NCBI GenBank assembly: GCA_029258925.1
Contig: JAPDJV010000009.1
Span: forward strand, 3,256-67,255
Source of the DNA: Thermoproteota archaeon
GTDB lineage: Archaea; Thermoproteota; Thermoprotei_A; EX4484-217-1; JAPDJV01
Direction of reading: 5' to 3'
Length of the DNA stretch: 64,000 bases
The notes below the pieces were generated by a model. It was not told the origin of the DNA. It did not search any database and saw only the letters and a list, made by a program, of their open reading frames with translations. Positions 20,059-30,811 of this stretch are shown in pieces. Position numbers and translations under genes: made by a program. The stretch's first letter is position 1. Each line of letters begins with the position of its first letter.

Positions 20059-23000
20059 CTACTTACCTATCTCCTCCAGCTCCACAACGTCTTCTAATTT
20101 CAACCTTGGAGATATGCACATGCTCATTAACTCTTGAAGTAGTAGCTTAAAAGCGTAGGCTATTTGTATTGGATGGAGTCTTCCTCTATCGCCACATAGA
20201 GGACACACAAATTTGTCCTTCGTCCTATCATAGTACCCTATATAACCACAGTTTTCACAAACATAGACGATGGTTTTATCAGATGCGTCGAGAAGCCTCT
20301 CTCTCAACAATAAGGCAGCTCCATGACCTACTAAGCAATCCCTCTCCATTTCACCGAATCTTAATCCTCCCTCTCTAGCTCTTCCCTCAGTAGGCTGTCT
20401 CGTCAATATTTGTATTGGACCTCTAGCTCTAGCGTGGATTTTATCTGCTACCATGTGGTGTAACTTTTGATAATAAACTATACCTATAAATATGTTCGAC
20501 CTTATTAATTCACCAGTACGTCCATCATACATGACTTCAGTCCCGTCGCTTTTATAGCCAAGTCTCAGCAAGCTCATCCTCAAATCATCTATTTTCTCTC
20601 CATAAAATGGTGTTCCATCTATAAATCTTCCCTTTAATGCGCCCACCTTTCCAGCTATAGACTCTATTAGTTGGCCTAAAGTCATTCTAGATGGGAAGGC
20701 GTGGGGATTAATTATCAAGTCGGGAACTATGCCCTCCTCGGTGAAAGGCAAGTCTTCTAGTGGAGTCGTAAGACCTATTACACCTTTTTGCCCATGTCTC
20801 GAAGCAAACTTATCTCCAAGCTCTGGTATTCTAAGATCTCGAACTCTAACCTTAACCAGCTTGTTGCCGTCAGCCGTCTCCGTAAGCAATACCATATCTA
20901 CAGTTCCTCTCTCTCCATGCCTCATCGCAACCGACGTCTCCCTTCTTATTGCAGCACTTAGCTCGTATTCCCTATATTCTTCAAGAAACCTTGGAGGACT
21001 TGTTCTTCCTATAAGAACTTCCCCGCCCTTAACATCAACCTCTGGATCAACTATTCCATCCTCAGACAACTTTGTGTATGCGTCCTTTCCTCTAAACCCT
21101 CTAACAGAAATACTTGGTATCTCTACTCTATCCTCCTGTCCTCCAGGATATTTTCCTTCTTCTGCCTCGTAAAGCCTAAAGAATGTTGAGCGAGCAAGAC
21201 CTCTCTCAATAGCTGCCTTACTTAAAATAATGGCGTCTTCGATATTATAGCCAGTGTATGACATTATTGCGACTATGAAGTTCTGACCTGCCGGTCTATC
21301 TGTGTAACCCATAATATCAAGCGCTCTGGTCTTCACAATAGGTATCTGCGGATAGTGTAGTAAGTGGCCTCTTGAATCAGTTCTCAGCTGGAAGTTAGCT
21401 GCATATAATCCCAAAGCTTGTTTGACCATCGCTGCTTGATAAGTGTTTCTTGGGGACTGATTATGCTCCGGATATGGTATTGTCGATGCTGCAATGCCTA
21501 ATATTGCCGGAGGCCATATTTCGAGGTGTGTGTGCTCCGGAGTTATTTGCCATGGTTCGATGGCTATATACGCGTTTTCCTCTTCCTCTGCATCAAGATA
21601 TTCTATTATACCTCTAGCTACAAGATCCTCAAACGACCATTCACCCTTCCTAATTTTATCGATATGCTCAGGTCTAAGCTTTAATGTTCCTCCTTCAACT
21701 ACAAGTAGGGGCCTCCTCACTCTACCAGAGTCGCAGTTAACGTAAACCTCATTAATATAGTTGTCAATATAATGAGTGACGTTTACCTCCCTACTTATTA
21801 GCCCGCTCCTCCTCTGCATTCTTATTTCTCTAACTAATTCTTCGGGTCTTTCATGATATCCTATCAGCCTACCATTGAGGAACACTTTAGCACCAACAAT
21901 GTTCTCACTAATAGCTTTCTTGATAGGAATGACTCCGAGGTCGTAGAGCTGTTTCTCGACAACGTCTTCATTAACACCTACAGAAATATATGCCATCAAA
22001 GCGAGGTTTTTAACAAGTCCACAGTTGGGTCCCTCAGGCGTTTCAAATGGGCATATTCTACCCCACTGTGTAGCGTGAAGATCTCTTGCCTCGAAGTGAG
22101 GTTGGCTGCGACTTAAAGGTGAAACCACTCTTCTCAGATGACTTAGACAGCTCATGTGATTTGTTCTATCTAGTAATTGGCTTACACCCGTCTTTCCCCC
22201 AACCCAATTTCCTGTAGCTAACGCGTGCCTGAGGCGCTCCGTAATTATGTCTGCTCTTATTAGAGTAGTTATTCTGACCTTCTTTGCTCTAACCCTAGCT
22301 CTCTCAAGCTGATATTTCAAGTCTCTGACAAACGTTCTGAACGCTACTCTAAATAGCTGTGCCATTAGATCTCCGGCTAGTTTAAGCCTCTTATTAGCAT
22401 AATGGTCTTTATCATCCGGAGTCCTTCTACCCAAAACTAGCTCTATTAGCTTGCAAGCCATTTGGCCTAAGAAGTAAGCTTTCTTTTCCCTATCCTCCTT
22501 CCTAGTTCCAAGGTGTGGAAGGAAGTATCTATCAATTACCGCTTCCGCCCTCTTTATCCTGCCCTCTCTGGTCTGGCCAACAGCTACTCTGTTACCTATG
22601 AAATCCAGAGCGTCTTCAACTGTTGCTATTGCAGCTGCCTGTTCAAGAGATGGTATAAGCTCCTTTTGAATCTCCTGATCGGTCGACACTACAAACACTA
22701 TGTCTCTATCGGTTTTCATACCTAAAGCCTTCATCATAATGACGAACGGTATCTTACCTGGTACAGCCGAGAAAATAACGTGCAATGTTCCGTCGCGATG
22801 TCTCTCCAAGATTACTGGAACTCTGTATCCTGAAGTAGCTGAGAAAACTTTAGCTGTATGTGTGGCCGTTGTTGTCGCGCCCCCGTAGTCGACTAGAACC
22901 CTATTAACTACTAGATCTTCTTGAGTAACTATGACTCTTTCAGACCCATTTATTATGAAATATCCTCCAGGGTCCCTCGGATCCTCTTTTATTGCAATTA

Positions 23001-23451
23001 GCTCTTCTTTACTCATTTTGGATAGTGGACACTTCACGCTCTTCAACATTATAGGTAATTGTCCTATATACACCTCAATGGGCTCTCCCTCAAGCCCATT
23101 CTCCACGGGAATAATTGTGAGATATATGGGAGCCGAGTAAGTCAAGTTTCTAAGCCTACACTCCATGGGGAGAACTTTTCTCTCCGAACCATCCACTTCT
23201 TGAACTCTAGGTTCTCCAATTCTTATTTTACTAAGCCTTATATAGAATGCAGGAATATCTGTCTCAATAATTCCCTGCTCGTCGACTATTTCCTGAAGCT
23301 TGTTTTCAATAAAATCATTATATGAGTCTAAATGTTGGCGTACAAGTCCTTTCTCCTTAAAGAAGGCTTCAATTAAAGTCCATTTATCTTCTACACTCGG
23401 CCACGAATCCTCTACTGCGGGTTTTACTCCTTGCTCCGAAATGCTTGTCAC
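20059..23451 (-). CDS. rpoB: DNA-directed RNA polymerase subunit B (unsplit)
   Basis: 1130 aa; Rpb2 motifs (GEMERD, HGQKG) and the C-terminal Zn ribbon CENCG...CPLCG. Confidence 0.95.
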   Translation of the reverse strand: MTSISEQGVKPAVEDSWPSVEDKWTLIEAFFKEKGLVRQHLDSYNDFIENKLQEIVDEQGIIETDIPAFYIRLSKIRIGEPRVQEVDGSERKVLPMECRLRNLTYSAPIYLTIIPVENGLEGEPIEVYIGQLPIMLKSVKCPLSKMSKEELIAIKEDPRDPGGYFIINGSERVIVTQEDLVVNRVLVDYGGATTTATHTAKVFSATSGYRVPVILERHRDGTLHVIFSAVPGKIPFVIMMKALGMKTDRDIVFVVSTDQEIQKELIPSLEQAAAIATVEDALDFIGNRVAVGQTREGRIKRAEAVIDRYFLPHLGTRKEDREKKAYFLGQMACKLIELVLGRRTPDDKDHYANKRLKLAGDLMAQLFRVAFRTFVRDLKYQLERARVRAKKVRITTLIRADIITERLRHALATGNWVGGKTGVSQLLDRTNHMSCLSHLRRVVSPLSRSQPHFEARDLHATQWGRICPFETPEGPNCGLVKNLALMAYISVGVNEDVVEKQLYDLGVIPIKKAISENIVGAKVFLNGRLIGYHERPEELVREIRMQRRSGLISREVNVTHYIDNYINEVYVNCDSGRVRRPLLVVEGGTLKLRPEHIDKIRKGEWSFEDLVARGIIEYLDAEEEENAYIAIEPWQITPEHTHLEIWPPAILGIAASTIPYPEHNQSPRNTYQAAMVKQALGLYAANFQLRTDSRGHLLHYPQIPIVKTRALDIMGYTDRPAGQNFIVAIMSYTGYNIEDAIILSKAAIERGLARSTFFRLYEAEEGKYPGGQEDRVEIPSISVRGFRGKDAYTKLSEDGIVDPEVDVKGGEVLIGRTSPPRFLEEYREYELSAAIRRETSVAMRHGERGTVDMVLLTETADGNKLVKVRVRDLRIPELGDKFASRHGQKGVIGLTTPLEDLPFTEEGIVPDLIINPHAFPSRMTLGQLIESIAGKVGALKGRFIDGTPFYGEKIDDLRMSLLRLGYKSDGTEVMYDGRTGELIRSNIFIGIVYYQKLHHMVADKIHARARGPIQILTRQPTEGRAREGGLRFGEMERDCLVGHGAALLLRERLLDASDKTIVYVCENCGYIGYYDRTKDKFVCPLCGDRGRLHPIQIAYAFKLLLQELMSMCISPRLKLEDVVELEEIGK

Positions 23452-23467
23452 CTACTGCAACACCTCC

Positions 23468-23710
23468 CTAACCTGGAACAACATACCTGTAAACAATAGT
23501 CTTCCCGGCAGTTGGACTCTTACGGATAATCCTCACAATATCACCCGGCTTAGCGTTGATTGCAACAATAACTGGGTCAGAGGCCTTTATCCATGGAAGC
23601 TGATGAGGCTTTATCCCTAACTCCTTTAATATTTTTGCTGCCTCTCCGGGGCTTAATACCTCATGTTTTGGAACGAGAACGTGATCTACTATATTCATTT
23701 TTTTAAGCAT
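23468..23710 (-). CDS. rpoH: DNA-directed RNA polymerase subunit H (Rpb5)
   Basis: 80 aa; [12 protein letters not shown]...DPVIV...[14 protein letters not shown] Rpb5 C-terminal domain. Confidence 0.85.
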   Translation of the reverse strand: MLKKMNIVDHVLVPKHEVLSPGEAAKILKELGIKPHQLPWIKASDPVIVAINAKPGDIVRIIRKSPTAGKTIVYRYVVPG

Positions 23711-23827
23711 AGCTACACCCTATTATTAAGCGTGATACTCATGGTACGGTCAGAGACTCATTAATATGAGGTAGAATATAAGTCTTACTCAACAAGAGAC
23801 TTCTCAAGAACACTCCAAACTCATAGA

Positions 23828-23856
23828 AAAGATTTTAATCTGACGATATTTTAAAG
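23828..23856 (+). promoter_or_regulatory. putative BRE/TATA box (A-box) for tRNA-Lys
   Basis: AT-rich GATTTTAATC / ATATTTTAAAG elements 15-40 nt upstream of the mature tRNA 5' end. Confidence 0.25.
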
Positions 23857-23869
23857 TGTTTAAATGAAT

Positions 23870-23978
<109 letters not shown>

Positions 23979-24042
23979 GCTAAAATAAGGCTCCTAATCT
24001 TCTTCTATATTGAAGAATTAATGAGTGATTTCAGGTGGTTAA

Positions 24043-24828
24043 ATGGTCTTCAGAGGAGAGCTGATATTCTTAGGGCTTGGACTGTACTCGGGCCATTTGA
24101 CGTTAGAAGCGGTCAACGAGCTGAAGAGAGCTGACATAGTTTACCTTGAACTATACACTGGAATCTACGAGGATGCTGATTATCTCGAAAAACTCGTAGG
24201 AACGGAGAAGATAGTTCGCCTTTCGCGTAAAGAGTTGGAAGAGGAGAATGGCGACATAATAATGGAGAGCTTGAAAAATGGTTTAAGAGTTGTTTTAGCA
24301 TCTCCGGGAGACCCATTCATAGCAACATCTCACCAAGCACTTAAAATAAGGGCTATGCGAGAAGGATTCAAGGTCAGAGTAATCCACGGTCTGTCTATTT
24401 TAAGTGTTGCAGTAAGCGAGTCAGGTCTTTTCTCTTATAAATTCGGGAAATCTGCAACTATTGTTTACCCTAAGGATGGTATAGTATATGAGTACCCATA
24501 TCTTGTTTTAGAAGAAAACATTAGTAGAGGTCTTCACACCCTCTTCCTCTTAGAAATTGATGTAGATCAGAATATGCTCATGACGGCCAATGAGGCCATG
24601 GAGATAATGTTGGAATTAGAGAGGGCTAGGGGGAAGAAAATATTTACAGAGAACACTATGCTCGTAGTGCTGGCAAGAGCTGGAACACCAAATAAATTAG
24701 TGAGAGCTGGTAGGGTGGGGGAGCTCTTAAAAACAGATTTTGGGCACCCTCCACATACAATTATTGTACCAGGTAAGCTACACTTCATCGAGGAGGAGGC
24801 TCTCAGGACTATAGGAGATGGTGTTTAA
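24043..24828 (+). CDS. dph5: diphthine synthase
   Basis: 261 aa; FLGLGLYSGHLTLEA N-terminus and the tetrapyrrole-methylase fold typical of DphB. Confidence 0.8.
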   Translation: MVFRGELIFLGLGLYSGHLTLEAVNELKRADIVYLELYTGIYEDADYLEKLVGTEKIVRLSRKELEEENGDIIMESLKNGLRVVLASPGDPFIATSHQALKIRAMREGFKVRVIHGLSILSVAVSESGLFSYKFGKSATIVYPKDGIVYEYPYLVLEENISRGLHTLFLLEIDVDQNMLMTANEAMEIMLELERARGKKIFTENTMLVVLARAGTPNKLVRAGRVGELLKTDFGHPPHTIIVPGKLHFIEEEALRTIGDGV

Positions 24829-25529
24829 TGGCTACTGAAAGCTTTGAGAAGAGGAAAGAGAGATTAGAGAGCTACATTAATGCTCTATCAAAAGTGTTCG
24901 ACACGCTTAAAGACAAAACCTTAACTGAAGTGGATAAGAGACTAGTAGATATAGCAAGGTCATACTTAGAAGATGCAATATATTACATGGAGAAAGAAGA
25001 TATCGATACAGGGCTTATATGCGTATCATATGCAGAGGGACTTCTAGACGCGCTCAGATTTCTGGGGAGGATTTCATTTGAATGGAGGAAAAGGAAGCCG
25101 ATGCGAGTAGCTCTTGCTGGAACATTTGATATAATACACCCAGGCCACGTATGGTTGATAAGTGAGGCAGCTAAACTAGGAGATCTAACCATCATAATAT
25201 CTAGAGACGTAACCGTAGAAAGAATTAAAGGTCATCCACCAATCAATTCTGAAAACCAGAGAGCCTATGTTGTTTCGAGAATTAAAGGGGTTCGTAAAGT
25301 GGTATTAGGTGATAGAGAAGACATTCTCATACCTATTCTAAGAATTAAACCAGACATATTGGTTCTAGGCCCTGACCAGAACGTAGACGAGGAGGAGTTG
25401 AAGAAAAAGCTTGCCGAAAGAGGGCTGCGCGATGTTAGAATCGTTAGAATAAGGAGTAAATTCGAAGATTTCGAGAACTGTAGCACGAGTAAGATAATAG
25501 AGAGAGTATTGTCGCTCTACTGTAAGTAA
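24828..25529 (+). CDS. ribL: FAD synthase RibL (cytidylyltransferase-like) with an N-terminal helical extension
   Basis: 233 aa; the C-terminal half has AGTFDIIHPGH (HxGH nucleotidyltransferase) and ISRD; archaeal RibL family. Confidence 0.65.
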   Translation: MATESFEKRKERLESYINALSKVFDTLKDKTLTEVDKRLVDIARSYLEDAIYYMEKEDIDTGLICVSYAEGLLDALRFLGRISFEWRKRKPMRVALAGTFDIIHPGHVWLISEAAKLGDLTIIISRDVTVERIKGHPPINSENQRAYVVSRIKGVRKVVLGDREDILIPILRIKPDILVLGPDQNVDEEELKKKLAERGLRDVRIVRIRSKFEDFENCSTSKIIERVLSLYCK

Positions 25530-26200
25530 ACAACAACTCTGACGATATCTCCATCACGTAAGCCAAGCATATTTCTTATGTTGAAGGGAGCTATTATCTC
25601 CACAATATCCTCGGGATGGCTTGTACGTGAGGGTATTATGAGGGCAGCTGGCTCCAATTCCTCTATTTCAGCTCGAAAACATTTTACATCTCCATATGTC
25701 CTAGTTCCATCCGAAAACCCTTTAATTATTATTCCATGATGTTTTTCAATAATTCTCCTATTAATTACATCAGAAGCTGTAAGTAATTTAATGTTTAATG
25801 TCCCCTCAAAGGGCCTAAATCCAAGCTTTTTTTCGAATTGTCTTCTATATCCATTTAACGATATGTAGTATCGTCCTTCACCCAGCCCAGAAACTACCAT
25901 TCCCCCCAAATTAATGGATCTTATAGGTTTTGAGGCAAATCTTGAGAGAATATCGTGTAATTTGAGAATCTTCTTCCTAGCTTTTTCTGTGAGTCTGATC
26001 ATTTCTCCGTCTCGCACGACTATTCTCTCTAAATATCCTTTGGCAACAAGCCTTCTAATCCTTCTAGACACCGTCTGTTGGGATAATGTTGTTTGCTTGG
26101 AGAGGCGAGTAGTACTGGTTTTAATCCAGTTTTCTCCAAAACCTAGTTCAACAAGTTTTATTAGAAATGCTAATTCGATGGCTGACAACTCTTCTTCCAC
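25517..26200 (-). CDS. ribK: RbkR-type bifunctional wHTH regulator / CTP-dependent riboflavin kinase
   Basis: 227 aa; N-terminal HTH (LSQQTVSRRIRRL) plus a C-terminal MJ0056-like riboflavin kinase (GGMVVSGLGEGRYYI ... PFEGTLN). Confidence 0.7.
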   Translation of the reverse strand: MEEELSAIELAFLIKLVELGFGENWIKTSTTRLSKQTTLSQQTVSRRIRRLVAKGYLERIVVRDGEMIRLTEKARKKILKLHDILSRFASKPIRSINLGGMVVSGLGEGRYYISLNGYRRQFEKKLGFRPFEGTLNIKLLTASDVINRRIIEKHHGIIIKGFSDGTRTYGDVKCFRAEIEELEPAALIIPSRTSHPEDIVEIIAPFNIRNMLGLRDGDIVRVVVYLQ

Positions 26201-26206
26201 TCCTCA

Positions 26207-26863
26207 TTACCTCCTAATTTTCCTAGCAACCCTCCTACTGACATCATCTGCAATCCTTATGGGTTCAGGTAGCAAGGATTTTCTTACAATACATTTCTCA
26301 GCTATTTTAATAGCATTTTGTAAAGAAATGTTGTTTCCTATGCTGATAAAAATTTTCCTATCGTCTGGAGACGAAGATATCACTTTTGCCACGGGAACAC
26401 CGTCTACGGCTATGTACTCTTTTCCAATGTATGTTCCATATAGGAATTTCTTGGCTACTCCAATTGTTATGAGATCTAAGACCACGCCCAGATGACTAGC
26501 TATCCCCAGTTTTCTCGGATGAGTTAAGCCGTGGCCATCGACGAGGAATACTATGTCCCTCCTACTCCTAAAACTGAAACATAGTTTGACATATAGAGGG
26601 ATTTCCCTGTAAGCTAGAAACGTTGGAATATATGGTATGCTAACAATGTCGGAGAGAACTTTTATTGAATGTAGTTTCAGTGAGGGGTATTTCATTATAA
26701 CTAGAGCAGCTACACCTACATTTCCGGCATATGATACATCAAGACCTGCAACATATTTTATTTCTCTCTCCTTAAACGGCGAACTCGTTGAAACTCTTCT
26801 AGACAATAATCTTTGAGCGTAAATTGCCTTACTTCTATTGATTTTTTTCAATTGACGTTTCAC
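26207..26863 (-). CDS. nfi: endonuclease V (deoxyinosine 3'-endonuclease)
   Basis: 218 aa; YVAGLDVSY ... VDGHGLTHPRKLGIASHLGV conserved EndoV motifs. Confidence 0.7.
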   Translation of the reverse strand: MKRQLKKINRSKAIYAQRLLSRRVSTSSPFKEREIKYVAGLDVSYAGNVGVAALVIMKYPSLKLHSIKVLSDIVSIPYIPTFLAYREIPLYVKLCFSFRSRRDIVFLVDGHGLTHPRKLGIASHLGVVLDLITIGVAKKFLYGTYIGKEYIAVDGVPVAKVISSSPDDRKIFISIGNNISLQNAIKIAEKCIVRKSLLPEPIRIADDVSRRVARKIRR

Positions 26864-27464
26864 CCAGCTTCCAAACTTTCAATAGCATTGTTGCCTCGGC
26901 TAAAACTCTTCTGGTGTCTTCTATAAGCCTCCTGTTACGGTCTATCTTCTGTCTAAGTCCTGGCACAAGCGATTTCGGATACTCTAGCGTCCATAGCATT
27001 ATGTGAATATCCTCCATAATCTTTGATAGAGCCACAGCTCTATCAACATTGCCTTCTATGAGGCTTTCCAGTATAGCTCTTCTAAGTTCACCCACTAAGT
27101 CAGAAAAACCCAATATCATTGAATGATAGTACTTCTCTTTAAATAGTGGACTGTCGATGGGGATTTTATGGATTAGTGCCCCCAAGAATAATGCTTCGAA
27201 GAATTCTTGGAATGCAACGTGTGCATCTCCATAATACAAGTCGGGGTATTCTTCAAATATTTCGTCTAACTCCAATAATATTTCAAGGCTTTTCTCTAGT
27301 CTATTCACACCTTCTTCAACTTTCCTTTGGTGGAAGAGCGATATCGCTTCTCCACAGAACCTTATAGCCTGTCTTGCTAGAAGCAGTGTTCTCTCCCTCT
27401 TCTCCCACCTTTTTTCCAGGTGTTCTGCAGCATCACGTATTCTCCTTTTTATTTCATCTAACAT
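26835..27464 (-). CDS. all-helical protein, possibly translin-family
   Basis: 209 aa, predicted all-alpha; weak resemblance to archaeal translin-like proteins. Overlaps nfi by 29 nt. Confidence 0.35.
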   Translation of the reverse strand: MLDEIKRRIRDAAEHLEKRWEKRERTLLLARQAIRFCGEAISLFHQRKVEEGVNRLEKSLEILLELDEIFEEYPDLYYGDAHVAFQEFFEALFLGALIHKIPIDSPLFKEKYYHSMILGFSDLVGELRRAILESLIEGNVDRAVALSKIMEDIHIMLWTLEYPKSLVPGLRQKIDRNRRLIEDTRRVLAEATMLLKVWKLGETSIEKNQ

Positions 27465-27739
27465 ACTTCATCCCTTTTCGTTCCACTAAAATAACAATTT
27501 GCATCATACAGGCAAATATCTCTATCTGGATGTAAATGCGTGTGAGCATTTCCCCTCGAAATTCCCCAGCTTCAAGACTTCGTCCTTTAGTAAGTCCTCC
27601 ACCTATAATGCTTTGTATTATAGCTTTAAATACCACTATATCTCGCATTTAGGTTTTCTAGGTGGATGGTGTACTTAATGAATAAAACACGGAAACTTAT
27701 AAAACTGTGAGCGGGAATTCGTATGGTAGCAGGTGTATA

Positions 27740-28339
27740 ATGATGAAGAGTGAAGAACATAAAGCTGTTAGGACGGCTGAAATAAAGCTGTTCGGAAAGT
27801 GGAGTTTCGAAGGAATAGTAGTCAGGGATCCCAGTTTGAAGAGATACATTTCGCTGAGACCGGTATGGCTTCCCCATACTGGTGGTAGGCATGAGCACAG
27901 GAGGTTCGGTAAGGCTGATGTACCTATTGTTGAAAGGCTAATAAACAAGCTCATGAGACCTGGCAGGAATATGGGTAAAAAACATCTAGCTTATAATATT
28001 GTTAAGAGGGCGTTCGATATAATATACTTGAAAACAAAAACCAATCCTATTCAAGTCCTAGTAAAAGCAATAGAGAATGCTGCTCCGAGAGAGGAGACGA
28101 CTAGGATAGCTTACGGTGGAATAGTGTACCATGTTTCAGTAGATGTATCGCCTCAGAGAAGAGTAGACTTAGCTTTGAGGTTTATAACTGAAGGTGCTAG
28201 GATGGCAGCATTCAATAATCCTAAGAGCATAGAGGAGGCACTAGCTGATGAGATAATAGCCGCTGCAAACAACGACCCTAAGAGCTATGCAGTCTCACGT
28301 AAAGAGGAAATAGAGAGAATAGCGTTGAGTGCAAGATAG
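27740..28339 (+). CDS. rps7: 30S ribosomal protein S7 (uS7)
   Basis: [24 protein letters not shown]...[14 protein letters not shown] uS7 family. AGGTG Shine-Dalgarno 4 nt before the ATG at 27740 (the longest ORF begins with GTG at 27707). Confidence 0.9.
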   Translation: MMKSEEHKAVRTAEIKLFGKWSFEGIVVRDPSLKRYISLRPVWLPHTGGRHEHRRFGKADVPIVERLINKLMRPGRNMGKKHLAYNIVKRAFDIIYLKTKTNPIQVLVKAIENAAPREETTRIAYGGIVYHVSVDVSPQRRVDLALRFITEGARMAAFNNPKSIEEALADEIIAAANNDPKSYAVSRKEEIERIALSAR

Positions 28340-28466
28340 AGCTTTATATACCATTACAATAAAATATTTGTATTCTACAAGAATAAATTTATAAGGAAAA
28401 CCTTATATCACTCTCTAGCTGAAATTGAATTTAGCTTTAAATGGGTAATGGTATGGTGAGAATAAG

Positions 28467-29783
28467 ATGTCGAAGCCTGAAAAACCTCACTTGAACTTAG
28501 TAGTAATAGGGCACATCGACCATGGGAAGAGCACACTAACTGGACATTTACTCTACAGACTAGGCTTCATTGATAGCAAAACATTCAAGATGCTCGAGGA
28601 TGAGGCCAAGAAGAGGGGAAAAGAGTCGTTCAAGTATGCATGGCTACTCGACAAATTAAAGGAGGAACGTGAGAGAGGTATAACAATAGACTTAGCATTC
28701 ATGAAATTCGAGACCAAAAGGTTCTTCTTCACAGTAATAGATGCTCCTGGACACAGAGACTTCGTTAAGAACATGATTACTGGAGCAAGCCAAGCTGATG
28801 CAGCCTTACTGGTAGTATCAGCTAAGAAGGGAGAATTCGAAGCTGGAATGAGCCCTGAGGGACAGACTAGGGAACACGCTATTCTAGCTAAGACCATGGG
28901 AATAAATCAGTTGATTGTAGCGATAAACAAGATGGATGATCCATCAGTGAACTGGAATAAAGATAGATATGAGCACGTTAAGAACCTACTAGGTAAATTC
29001 CTGAAGAGCATAGGATATAATATAAGTAACATACCGTTCGTACCAGTTTCGGCCTGGACTGGAGACAACATTATTGAGAGAAGCGAGAGAATGACTTGGT
29101 ACAAGGGGCCGACGCTACTGGAGGCATTAGATTCGCTCAGCGTGCCGCCTAAGCCCATAGATAAACCTCTAAGAATACCAATTCAAGACGTTTACTCAAT
29201 AGCTGGAATAGGTACTGTTCCCGTTGGAAGAGTTGAAACAGGAGTTCTTAAGGTTGGAGACAGAGTAGTATTCATGCCTCCAGGTATCACAGGTGAAGTT
29301 AGAAGCATAGAAACACATCATATAAGAATAAATAAAGCAGAGCCTGGAGACAACATAGGATTTAACGTTAGGGGCGTTAGTAAGAGGGATATTAGGAGAG
29401 GCGACGTAGCAGGCCACCTAGACAATCCTCCAACAGTTGTAGAGGAATTCACTGCACGAATATTCGTGTTATGGCATCCAACAGCGATCTCAGTAGGCTA
29501 TAGTCCGGTTATTCACGCACATACTGCCAGTGTTTCGTGTAGAATGATTGAGATTCGAGAGAAGCTTGACCCGAGAACAGGTAAAGTTTTGGAGAAGAAC
29601 CCACCATTCCTGAAGATGGGTGACGCCGCCATAGTTAAATTTAAGCCGATAAAGCCTATGGTTATAGAGAAGTATGCAGACTTCCCGCCGCTAGGGAGAT
29701 TTGCTATTAGAGATATGGGTAGAACTATAGGTATTGGCGTTGTAATAGACATTAAGCCGGTGAAAATCGAGATAAAGAAGTAG
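28467..29783 (+). CDS. tuf: translation elongation factor 1-alpha
   Basis: 438 aa; [22 protein letters not shown]-motifs; full-length similarity to crenarchaeal aEF-1alpha. Confidence 0.95.
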   Translation: MSKPEKPHLNLVVIGHIDHGKSTLTGHLLYRLGFIDSKTFKMLEDEAKKRGKESFKYAWLLDKLKEERERGITIDLAFMKFETKRFFFTVIDAPGHRDFVKNMITGASQADAALLVVSAKKGEFEAGMSPEGQTREHAILAKTMGINQLIVAINKMDDPSVNWNKDRYEHVKNLLGKFLKSIGYNISNIPFVPVSAWTGDNIIERSERMTWYKGPTLLEALDSLSVPPKPIDKPLRIPIQDVYSIAGIGTVPVGRVETGVLKVGDRVVFMPPGITGEVRSIETHHIRINKAEPGDNIGFNVRGVSKRDIRRGDVAGHLDNPPTVVEEFTARIFVLWHPTAISVGYSPVIHAHTASVSCRMIEIREKLDPRTGKVLEKNPPFLKMGDAAIVKFKPIKPMVIEKYADFPPLGRFAIRDMGRTIGIGVVIDIKPVKIEIKK

Positions 29784-29843
29784 CACTACTACCTTAAGCG
29801 CAGCAACAACTCTTTCAGAAACAATAAATGAGGATGACAAACA

Positions 29844-30152
29844 ATGCCGTCGAAGGCTAGGATAAGGTTGTGGAGTACTAACGTCTACAGTCTAAACTAT
29901 GTCTGCGACCAAATTAAGAGAATAGCAGTAAAAACAGGGGTTAAGTTTTCCGGCCCAATACCACTGCCAACAAAGAAACTTGTAGTGCCCGTAAGGCGGT
30001 CTCCATGCGGAGAGGGAAGTAAGACTTGGGATCGATGGGAGATGAGAATTCACAAGAGGATAATAGACATTGCAGCTGACGAGAGAGTTATGAAACAAAT
30101 AATGAGAGTCAGAGTACCAGAAGATGTTTACATTGAAATAGAGTTGATCTAA
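29844..30152 (+). CDS. rps10: 30S ribosomal protein S10 (uS10)
   Basis: 102 aa; [20 protein letters not shown]...GPIPLPTK uS10 signature. Confidence 0.9.
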   Translation: MPSKARIRLWSTNVYSLNYVCDQIKRIAVKTGVKFSGPIPLPTKKLVVPVRRSPCGEGSKTWDRWEMRIHKRIIDIAADERVMKQIMRVRVPEDVYIEIELI

Positions 30153-30282
30153 AGATTCACTCAACAAGCTCAAACAACACCTAAAACGTCTTTTACAATT
30201 ACTAAGAGCACTATTAGAACTTTTTACTAGCAGTATTGAGCAATCTTTATAGTAGTATTCTAACCACAAAAATAGTAGTTAA

Positions 30283-30370
30283 GCCGGGGTGACCGAGTGG
30301 ACTAAGGTGCCGGCCTTGAGAGCCGGTGGTCCAGTGGACCGCGCGGGTTCGAATCCCGCCCCCGGCGCCA
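30283..30370 (+). tRNA. tRNA-Ser (anticodon UGA), long variable arm, encoded CCA
   Basis: Hand-folded. Acceptor GCCGGGG/CCCCGGC, anticodon arm CCGGC-CTTGAGA-GCCGG, extra arm GGTCCAGTGGACC, T-arm GCGGGTTCGAATCCCGC. Confidence 0.85.
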
Positions 30371-30811
30371 TCAATGCTTCTACAACACTGCAATGAGTTG
30401 ACGGCTTTGTGAACGTCGGGCAGTTTATTAATTTAATAAATTGTTTAAAATGTAGAATATCGTAAGCAGGATTTTTATATTAGATTTTTCATACGGCGGT
30501 TCACATAGAGATAGTGCATATATTGCGCCTAGATTCCAGATAGATAATCTAGATAGGAAAAAAACACATTATCTATAATTTCAATTGTCGTCGCATTAAT
30601 ATCACCATTATCTTCAATCTCCTATCCTAGCTACGTTGAGGGACACGACATCTCTCCAACTATGGTTCTTGTGGAGTCTCCCACCCTCCTTCACCAGGAT
30701 AATTTGAGTCTCTGGGCTCTCTACTGTTAATGTGCAGAAATGGTGTTAAGAAATCGTTAGAGTACCCCCAACAATTATTAATTTATCATTCTCTATCTAT
30801 TTCAAAAGGGA

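Noticed and set aside
18073-23620. Numerous 60-177-aa plus-strand ORFs inside rpoA'/rpoB
   Set aside because: They are antisense to the unambiguous RNA polymerase large-subunit genes and are typical spurious ORFs in long coding regions.
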